Virus record (IMG/VR): IMGVR_UViG_3300030372_004824
Coordinates: 1 to 48,385 of that record
Source of the DNA: a virus
Taxonomy: Duplodnaviria; Caudoviricetes
Reading direction: 5' to 3' (one strand)
Length of the DNA: 48,385 bases
In this document: one piece after another, positions 36,896 to 45,500 of the stretch
How the letters are laid out: each line of letters opens with the position of its first letter
Position numbering within the stretch: position 1 is the first letter of the stretch
Program-made: the position numbers and the translations under genes
The notes under the pieces: model-generated
What the model saw: the letters and a program-made list of their open reading frames with translations, nothing else
What the model was told of the DNA's origin: nothing
Database searches by the model: none

Positions 36896-39124
36896 ATGAA
36901 AAAATTATTAATATTATTATTTTTACCACTTTTAGCTTTTTCGCAAAAAGAGTGTGTAATACATATAACTACAGATAATTATCCAACAGAAACGTATTGG
37001 ACTTTATTTGCTGATAGCTTATATGGTGATACTATTTGTAATGTACTTGATGGCCATTACACATTGCCGTATACAACATATACAGACACTTGTTATATAG
37101 ATGATAGCATTGCTAATATAACTTTTTTAATAAGAGATACGTATGGTGATGGTATGAACGGTAGTTATTATGTTACCGTTTGTGGTGATACTATAGTTAA
37201 TTATCCAAATCCAAACTTTCAAAGCGGTTTATATTCTAATAGACCAGTACCAAACTGTTTACCACCACCACCACCTCAACCACCAGGACCGTGTGTACCA
37301 ACACTTGTTAATATTAACTTAGATCAATATCCTGAAGAAACTTCTTGGGATATAAAAGATAGTTTAGGTAATATATTGTTTTCAGGTGGACCTTATAACA
37401 ACGTGCCAGATTATGAGCCTCAGTTTAAATTTAAATGTTTGCCACCAGGTGAATTAACCTTTACAATATATGACTTATATGGTGATGGCTTAGAAGGTAG
37501 TTTATGGGGCGGGCAAAATGGCTCGTATTATGTAATGCAGTGTGGTGATACAGTTGTATATGGTAACGACCCTGCTTTTGGTTATGACACTAGTCATGTT
37601 TGGCAAGCTGATACTTGTATACCTCCACCACCAGTATATGGTTGTATGGATGATGATTATGTAGAGTATAATGAACTAGCTACAATAGATGACAGTAGCT
37701 GTGTAACTCTTAAAATATATGGCTGTATTGATAGTACAATGTATAATTACGATCCTATAGCAAATGCAATGGAAGACATTGACTCGTGCAGTTATACTTT
37801 AATACTACATGATCTTGTAGGTAACGGCTGGGTAGGTACAAGACTAGAAATATGGCAAGATGCTGATACTAGTATATTTTATATGAACCAACCTTCTTTT
37901 AATCAAGCTTTTAGCTTAGGTTTATATGCGCCAGACGAAGTACACGCTAAACTATTTGTTAGTCAACAAGCGCAACACACTGCTTTAGAGTGTGGTTTTA
38001 CTTTGTTAAATCCGTTTGGTGATACTACAATAAGCGTACAACCACCTTTTATAATACCATTTTTTAAATATGAAGCACAAACATATTGTGGTAATATATG
38101 TGAAGAAAAAATATATGGCTGTTTAGACAGCTTAGCATTTAATTATGTTGACAGCGCAAATACAAATGACGACTGTTACTATTATCCTGGTTGTATATCA
38201 CCAGCATATTTAGAATATCATATTGATACTACAAATGGGTATTATACTGATTTTAATATACAAGACAGCTGTAATACTTTAGCAGTGTTTGGCTGCACAA
38301 ATGACACGATGTATAACTATAACGCCTTAGCTAATGTAGATAATGGCGGCTGTATACCTTATATATATGGCTGTATGGACCCAACAATGTATAACTATAA
38401 TCCACAAGCAACAGCAAGTGATACGTGTATAGCATACGTATATGGTTGTACTGATCCAACAGCTTTTAACTATAATCCGCTAGCAAATACTGATAACGGC
38501 AGCTGTGAAGCTTTTGTTTTTGGTTGTACAGATAGCACAATGTTTAATTATAACCCACTTGCAAATGCTGATAATAACTCTTGTATACCTTTTATCTATG
38601 GCTGCACTGACCCTAGCATGCTTAATTATAACCCACAAGCTAACACTGAAGATTTTAGCTGTATTGCATATATGTATGGTTGCACTGATAGTAGCGCCAT
38701 TAATTTTGATTCAACAGCTAATACTGACAATGGTTCGTGTATTGCTGTGGTCGAAGGATGTATGGACGTCAATGCGTACAACTATAACCTCAATGCTAAC
38801 ACTAACGATTCCTTGGCATGCTTGTATGCGGCGAATTGTATAACAGGACCTGGTATACCTTATTGGTTAAACGATCCTTGTTATGCTTGGGTATTAGAAG
38901 TTGACGAATACTGTTGTGAAAACTCGTGGGACACTATTTGTCAAGCAACATATAATTACTGTGATGGTACTTGGTCTGGACCATTACTAGTAAGAAATCA
39001 AGTAGAAAAGAAATTGGTAGCTGTTACTGATATTCTTGGTAGACCAACAAAAATAATTAAAAACAAGCTTCTATTATTTATATATAGCGATGGAAGTGTA
39101 AATAAACAAATATTAAAAAAATAA
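36896..39124 (+). CDS. Secreted Cys-rich repeat protein with a T9SS-type C-terminal domain (start revised to ATG 36896)
   Basis: Signal peptide MKKLLILLFLPLLAFS-Q, two D.YP.ET.W...D.YGDG domains, about 11 GCxD..NYN..A...D.SC repeats, C-terminal TDILGR...LFIYSDGSVNKQILKK. Confidence 0.8.
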   Translation: MKKLLILLFLPLLAFSQKECVIHITTDNYPTETYWTLFADSLYGDTICNVLDGHYTLPYTTYTDTCYIDDSIANITFLIRDTYGDGMNGSYYVTVCGDTIVNYPNPNFQSGLYSNRPVPNCLPPPPPQPPGPCVPTLVNINLDQYPEETSWDIKDSLGNILFSGGPYNNVPDYEPQFKFKCLPPGELTFTIYDLYGDGLEGSLWGGQNGSYYVMQCGDTVVYGNDPAFGYDTSHVWQADTCIPPPPVYGCMDDDYVEYNELATIDDSSCVTLKIYGCIDSTMYNYDPIANAMEDIDSCSYTLILHDLVGNGWVGTRLEIWQDADTSIFYMNQPSFNQAFSLGLYAPDEVHAKLFVSQQAQHTALECGFTLLNPFGDTTISVQPPFIIPFFKYEAQTYCGNICEEKIYGCLDSLAFNYVDSANTNDDCYYYPGCISPAYLEYHIDTTNGYYTDFNIQDSCNTLAVFGCTNDTMYNYNALANVDNGGCIPYIYGCMDPTMYNYNPQATASDTCIAYVYGCTDPTAFNYNPLANTDNGSCEAFVFGCTDSTMFNYNPLANADNNSCIPFIYGCTDPSMLNYNPQANTEDFSCIAYMYGCTDSSAINFDSTANTDNGSCIAVVEGCMDVNAYNYNLNANTNDSLACLYAANCITGPGIPYWLNDPCYAWVLEVDEYCCENSWDTICQATYNYCDGTWSGPLLVRNQVEKKLVAVTDILGRPTKIIKNKLLLFIYSDGSVNKQILKK
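37634..38821 (+). repeat. Coding repeat array (GCxD...NYNP.AN.D.GSC, about 26 aa per unit)
   Basis: About 11 units counted in the translation, seven of them contiguous in the 3' part. Confidence 0.85.
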
Positions 39125-39128
39125 ATTT

Positions 39129-39569
39129 ATGGCAACAACAACGGCAACAATAACACTTTCTAGTTCAGATTTGCTCACTGACAACTTATCGTTGTCGGCT
39201 ACAACTACTTTGTACAAAGGAGGTACTACAGCTACTGGTTTAGAACAACTAAACTACCACAGAGCAAAAATAGCTACAGGTACTAACTTTGATCTTATAC
39301 CAGAAAGCGATGCATTAAAAGATAATTCTAACTATGTTTATATTATCAATAAAAACACAGATGTTACTCATTATGTAATAATCTCTATTAACAGCGAGCC
39401 TGTTGGTAGATTATATGCAGGTGACTGGGCATTTTTTCCATGGTCTTGTGATTTGTCTGCTGCGGCAAACGATTCAACTATAGAACTACAAGCGTATGAA
39501 GCTACTGCTACTGTAGAATATGCTTTATTTCACGTTGGAGAAACTTTAGCAACAGCATCTGATTCATAA
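39129..39569 (+). CDS. Small beta-rich structural protein, paralog A
   Basis: Starts MATTTATITLSS; shares GRLY.GDW.F.P and EYALF with the next gene. Confidence 0.7.
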   Translation: MATTTATITLSSSDLLTDNLSLSATTTLYKGGTTATGLEQLNYHRAKIATGTNFDLIPESDALKDNSNYVYIINKNTDVTHYVIISINSEPVGRLYAGDWAFFPWSCDLSAAANDSTIELQAYEATATVEYALFHVGETLATASDS

Positions 39570-39596
39570 TATTAACAATAAAATAAATAAACAAAT

Positions 39597-40022
39597 ATGG
39601 CAACAACAACTGCAACAATTACGTTATCTAGTCTTGATATAGCTGATAACCCGGTAAATATATCAAACACTGCTACTTTGTATACTGCTGGTACAGACAC
39701 TGGTCTTTCAGAAACTACAGGTTTAGCTAGAAAAAAAACAAGTTCTGGTAGTAACACTATACTATTAGATCATGGCTTAACATCTGGCGTAGCTGCTGAT
39801 ATGACAGCTGATAAATCTGCTAAAGTATATATTAAAAACTGTAACGATAGAGGAGATGGTACTAAATACGTTACAATTTTAATTGTAGACAAAGAAATTG
39901 GTAGGTTATATGGTGGTGACTGGATGTTTATACCTTATTCTGGTGGATCAGGTAAAGACATTGAGTTTACTGCTAGCGATACTACTGAGACTGTGCTTGA
40001 GTACGCATTATTCTACGAATAG
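39597..40022 (+). CDS. Small beta-rich structural protein, paralog B
   Basis: Starts MATTTATITLSS; shares GRLY.GDW.F.P and EYALF with the previous gene. Confidence 0.7.
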   Translation: MATTTATITLSSLDIADNPVNISNTATLYTAGTDTGLSETTGLARKKTSSGSNTILLDHGLTSGVAADMTADKSAKVYIKNCNDRGDGTKYVTILIVDKEIGRLYGGDWMFIPYSGGSGKDIEFTASDTTETVLEYALFYE

Positions 40023-40025
40023 AAA

Positions 40026-40337
40026 GTGGCTTCGCTTCACAATATATCTGGTGAAATTACAAAAGAGTTATTGGCGGCTGGTGATAATATCAACTTGTCG
40101 TCAATATCTTTATGTAATACAAACGCTACGTTACCGTGTACTGCGGACTTATTTATAGAACAAAAAACTACGCCGTCTGTTACTGGTGGTACTTTTTATA
40201 TATTTAAAAATACCTTGCTACCGGCAGGCGCAACATTAACACACAACTTTAAATTTGATAACTCAAGTTTTGGTTTGTTTTTAAAAATAACTAAATCTGC
40301 TAGTGAAACACCAACTGTAGATGTAATAATATCTTAA
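40026..40337 (+). CDS. Small beta-sandwich-like hypothetical protein (GTG start)
   Basis: Fills the gap between neighbours; ISLCNT...LPAGATL...VDVII pattern. Confidence 0.55.
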   Translation: MASLHNISGEITKELLAAGDNINLSSISLCNTNATLPCTADLFIEQKTTPSVTGGTFYIFKNTLLPAGATLTHNFKFDNSSFGLFLKITKSASETPTVDVIIS

Positions 40338-40592
40338 ATGGAATATATTGGAAGAACAGTAATGACTTCGCCTATTATAGGCAATATTACGTATACTCAT
40401 AACCAAAACACGACTTCCAATACATGGACAATAACGCATAACTTAAATAGGTTTCCTTCTGTAACAGTAGTAGATTCTGCTGAAACAGTAGTAATAGGCA
40501 CTATAGTTTATAACTCGGCAAACCAATTAACAATAACTTTTTTTGCTAGCGGAAGCGCTGTAGCTTTCCAAGGCAAAGCATATCTTAATTAA
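40338..40592 (+). CDS. Small fibre-associated protein ([15 protein letters not shown] domain)
   Basis: The same domain type recurs at the C-terminus of the next gene ([18 protein letters not shown]). Confidence 0.6.
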   Translation: MEYIGRTVMTSPIIGNITYTHNQNTTSNTWTITHNLNRFPSVTVVDSAETVVIGTIVYNSANQLTITFFASGSAVAFQGKAYLN

Positions 40593-40603
40593 AAAAACAA
40601 AAC

Positions 40604-42541
40604 ATGGCAATAGAATTTTATAGTAGTATTGACTTAAACAAAAACGAATTACAAAATGCTGTAGTACAGAATTTAAGTTCTGCACCCGGTAGTCCAGTAG
40701 AAGGTCAAATATATTACGATGATAGCTCTGGTAAAAAAATGATTTATTTTTACGATGGATCAAACTTTTTACCTGTTGGTCAAAACACTATACAAAGTCA
40801 CGCTGTTGAAACTTCAATAGCATCAGGTGATAAACTAGCTTTTTCTGATGAAAGCGAAACTGGTGATGTTAATAACTCTATAACTATAGACAATTTAATG
40901 GGCACTGGTTTACAACACGTAAGTACAGCCGCCATAGCAGATGGTGATTTTATATTATTTTTAGATGGTGGCTCTTCAGGTACTGGTAAAAAAGAAGCTG
41001 TACATGATTTAGCAACTTTATTTGCTGGTTCTGGTTTAACAGCTACAAACTCTGTTATAGCTGTAGATACTCTTAATCAAGATACTACTGGTACCGCTGA
41101 TCACGTAACTATTGTAGATAATGAAAGCACAGACGAAGAAAATCAAATAACATTTGTTGAAGGTGCCGCTGGCGCTGGTAGTCGTGGATTAGAAGTTGAC
41201 GGTGATTTTACATATAATCCAAGCTCTGGTACTGTTTCTGCAACAATATTTAAAGGTAACATAGATGCTGTTGATGGTGACTTTGACGGCACGTTAGAGG
41301 CTGATGCTTTAACAATTGGCGGTACTAATATTCTTTCTGGTGGTATTATAACTACATTAGGTACAATAGCACAAGATACTGTTACGTTTCAATCTGCTCA
41401 ATCTGAAGATCCATTAGTTATAATTGAAAATAAAGTTAATGATGAAGGTGGTGCTAGATTAAGATTTGTAAAAGACAAAGGTGCTGCTGGTGCCGATAAT
41501 GATATTGTTGGTCAAATAGAGTTTAATGGTGATAACGACGCGCAACAGCAAACTACTTTTGCTAGAATACAAGCTCAGGTTAACGATGCTAGTGATGGTG
41601 CTGAAGAAGGTAAATTAATACTAACTGTTGCTAGTCACGATGGAGAGTTACAGCCTGGTCTTACAATAACAAGTGGTGATGCTGAAGATGAAGTTGATAT
41701 TACTCTTGGTAATGGCTCTAACTCTGTTGTAACTATACCAGGTAACTTAACAGTAACAGGTACACAAACAGTAAACAATGTTGTAACAGTTAGTACGTCT
41801 AACGGTGTACAGTTTGAAGGTACAGCTGCTGATGGTAACGACGCTATACTTAAATCTGCTGTAGCTAGTTCTGATAAAACATACACACTGCCAAACATAA
41901 CTGGTCATATACCTATATTGTCAAATGATCCAGGTACTACAGCTGTATCTGCTACAGTATCTGAGCTTAATGTTTTAGACGGTATTACAGCAAGCACATC
42001 TGAACTTAATATTTTAGACGGTGTAACTTCTACAGCTTCTGAGCTTAACATATTAGATGGTGTTACAGCTACTGCTTCAGAGTTAAATGTAATGGACGGA
42101 ATAACTGCAACTACAGGTGAACTTAACTTAATTGACGGTGGTACCGCAAGAGGTACTACGGCTGTAGCAGATGGTGACGGTATACTTACAAACGATGGTG
42201 GCACAATGCGTATGACTAAAGTTGAAACTTTTGCTACGTATTTTGGCACTGAAATAGCTTCAAACCGCATGGTTGTAGCTGATATTGATGTATCAAGTTT
42301 AACAGATCAAAATATAGTAACAATAACACATAACTTAGGTACAGCTGATATAATAGTACAAGTTTATGACAAAACAACAGAAGCTAATATCATGTGTGAT
42401 ATAGCTAGAACAACAGATGACTTTAGTACTGCTAGTACTTCTGTAGTATCAATTGATTTTGGTACTGCACCTCCAAACGACTGTAGAGCTTTAATTACAA
42501 GCTTAGCAGGCGCAACAGCTGGATCAATAGCATATACATAG
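40604..42541 (+). CDS. Fibre protein
   Basis: [14 protein letters not shown]-terminal motif, acidic Gly/Thr-rich shaft, 13-aa repeats, ITHNLG C-terminal domain. Confidence 0.7.
   Translation: MAIEFYSSIDLNKNELQNAVVQNLSSAPGSPVEGQIYYDDSSGKKMIYFYDGSNFLPVGQNTIQSHAVETSIASGDKLAFSDESETGDVNNSITIDNLMGTGLQHVSTAAIADGDFILFLDGGSSGTGKKEAVHDLATLFAGSGLTATNSVIAVDTLNQDTTGTADHVTIVDNESTDEENQITFVEGAAGAGSRGLEVDGDFTYNPSSGTVSATIFKGNIDAVDGDFDGTLEADALTIGGTNILSGGIITTLGTIAQDTVTFQSAQSEDPLVIIENKVNDEGGARLRFVKDKGAAGADNDIVGQIEFNGDNDAQQQTTFARIQAQVNDASDGAEEGKLILTVASHDGELQPGLTITSGDAEDEVDITLGNGSNSVVTIPGNLTVTGTQTVNNVVTVSTSNGVQFEGTAADGNDAILKSAVASSDKTYTLPNITGHIPILSNDPGTTAVSATVSELNVLDGITASTSELNILDGVTSTASELNILDGVTATASELNVMDGITATTGELNLIDGGTARGTTAVADGDGILTNDGGTMRMTKVETFATYFGTEIASNRMVVADIDVSSLTDQNIVTITHNLGTADIIVQVYDKTTEANIMCDIARTTDDFSTASTSVVSIDFGTAPPNDCRALITSLAGATAGSIAYT
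41951..42140 (+). repeat. Five tandem 39-nt / 13-aa coding repeats (T.SELN.LDG.T)
   Basis: [64 protein letters not shown]. Confidence 0.9.
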
Positions 42542-42560
42542 AATAATTAAATAAAATCTT

Positions 42561-45500
42561 ATGAGTAAAAAATTTCATAGTGATATAAGTTTTCCGGATG
42601 ATAATAAAATAAAACTTGGCACTGGTGAAGATGCTGAAATATATGTAAATAACGACGAGCTTATAATACAAAATACAACTAGCGATAAAGATATTGTATT
42701 TAATATAAACGACGGTGGTAGTACTGTAGAGGCTATTAGAATTGATGCAGAAAATAGTAGAATAGGTTTTTTTAATAGCTCACCAAGCAAAGTAGTTAGC
42801 ATAACAGGTACTTTTCAAGCTTCAGGTGAGTCTTTTTTTAACAACTTTGATGTAACAAACACAAGTTCTGCTTCTAGATTTAGAGATGGACACGTTGTTC
42901 ATTTTAATACTAATAGAACAGCAAATATATTTACTACCTCTGACGATCTTTATATAACAAACGGTGAAGATGATAAAGATATATTATTTAGATGTGACGA
43001 CGGTTCTGGCGGTGTATTAACATATCTTAGACTAGATGGTAGTGAGAAAACTATACAAATAAATGTTCCATTAAATGTTGGTGAAGATACTAGTGGTCAT
43101 GATGTAAGATTTTATGGCGCTGCTACAGGTGAGCAAATGCTTTGGGACACAAGCGAAAGTCAACTAAAAATTAATCACGATACTGATGACTACGGGCTTG
43201 GTATATTTACAGTTTCATCAGCACAAATGACACAACCTCAACTTAAAGTTGGTAGAGATGAAAATCAATATTGGGGTGTGTATACAGCTGATAGAAATGC
43301 TGTGTTAATACATAGGCAAGATGAAACTAGTGGTACAATAAAAACTATTTTTCAGCAGTGGGATAGTAACACTTCAGATACAACTGGTGTATGGCAATGG
43401 CAACATGGCGATGGTAGTGGTAGTAGTTTATCTACAGCTATGACTTTAACACAGGCTGGTGCTCTTTCTATGAGCAGTATAGATGTACAAGGTGACGCTA
43501 ATCTTGCAGGCGCTACAACTGTAGGCGGTACAGTGCTTGGTACATCTGCTAAGTTTGGTAGAGACGCAGATAATCTTATAGATTTTACTACAGACAATCA
43601 AATAGATTTTAGAGTAGCTGCTGGTCACAGACTTAGATTAACACAAACAGCTTTAGCACCAATAACAACAGATGCTGTATCATTAGGCACATCAAGCTTA
43701 AACTTTTCTGATTTATTTTTAGATAGTGGGGCTGTTGTTAATTTTGATAACGGTGATGTTACTTTAACACATAGCGGTAATAATTTAGCTATAGCAGGTG
43801 GTAATTTAGAATTTACAGGTTATGGGTTTGTAATGGACGGTAATACTATAACAGGTATTGACGATAGTGGTGAGTTTACAAATGATGACAACCATATAAT
43901 GACATCTGCAGCTGTTGAAGATAAAATATTAGGTTACAGTTATACGGCAAACGCATTACCTTTATCTGGTGGCACAATGACTGGTAACATAACAGTTGAC
44001 GAGGCTGATGACGTTTTGTTTACAAACGCTTCAAACGATCAGTACTCAATGAGTAGTACTGAAACAAAGCTAAACGCGATGCCATTTCCATTAGACTTTC
44101 ATGATGTTTTAGCTTTTGGACACAATTACACTATAACGCAAGAAATATCTACAGACGGTACAAACTTTTCTTCAATGACATTAGAGTCAAATGTTTTTGA
44201 CTTAAGAACAGATACTAGTGTAACTGTTATTGATGGATCGCTTGCCACAGAAGAACAGGCTACTAGGTATACTTTTACTAACGTTGCTTATGTGGCTGCT
44301 CAATTTTTAAAAATATGTTTTACTTATGTTAGTTCTGCAGCTGATGTAACTGTTACTGTTGACACGTCTAGCGATGGTTTTTCTAGCGATTCTACACAAA
44401 GACATCAAAGCACAGTTAGTAGTACTAGCGCAAAAACTGTTTATTGCTACTTAGACGGTCACGGTGGTGACAGTCACATGAGAGTTACTTTAGATAAAGG
44501 TAACAACACAGATAATAAAAACGTACAGGTAAGTAGTATACAGCTTTTAACAAGAAGACATGGTGATCAAGGTCAAGGTCCTGAATATAACGTGCCATAC
44601 GCTTACGATTATGATAGAAATATTAATCTTTATGGAAGTTTAGATTTAGTTGATGGTAAGGTATTAAAACTTGGTAGCAGTGATGATCTTCAAATTTTTC
44701 ACGATGCTACTGATACTAATATGAATAATTATACTGGTGATTTATATATTAGAAATTATGCAGACGATAAAGATATAATATTCCAGTCAGATGACGGTAG
44801 CGGTGGTGTAACAGAATACTTTAGATTAGCTGGTAACGAAGCAAGAAGTATATTTTCTAGAAATGTTTTGTTTAATGATAGTACAAACCTTTTATTTGGT
44901 GGTGGTGGTGATATGTATATCAATCACAATGGTACTAATAATTATATCGTAAGTCAAAACGGTGACTTAGAAATACAAAACACAGCAGACGACAAAGATA
45001 TAATATTTAAGTCTGATGATGGCTCCGGAGGAACAACAGAATATTTTAAATTAGACGGTAGCTCAGCAACTCATGATGGCTCTGCAAATACATCTGCGTA
45101 TACTCAATGGCCAGATAATTCTATAATATCTTTAGGTAGTGCTAAAGATTTTAGTATGTATCACAATGGTACTAAAACTTTATTTAATAATACAACGGGT
45201 AATTTAGAAATACGTAATAGCGCTGATGACGGTGATATTATTTTTCAATCAGATGATGGCAGTGGCGGGACTGAAACCTATTTCTTTTTAGATGGCTCTT
45301 CTGCTACGGGTAATAATGAATATACAGTTTGGCCTGATGATTCTGTAATTGCACTTGGCGCTAGTAAAGATATGCAGCTATATCATGATGGTTCTAAAAG
45401 TTGGATTTACAATAATCTTGGTAATTTAGAAATTAGAAATACTACTGCTGATGCTGATATAATATTTTCTAACGACGATGGAAGTGGTGGTGAAACAGCT

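Noticed and set aside
3002-40158. Nested + strand alternative-frame ORFs (3002-3289, 3419-3619, 38505-38843, 39898-40158)
   Set aside because: Fully overlapped by genes with recognisable motifs and of atypical composition. The one in the Cys-repeat array reflects that array's codon pattern.
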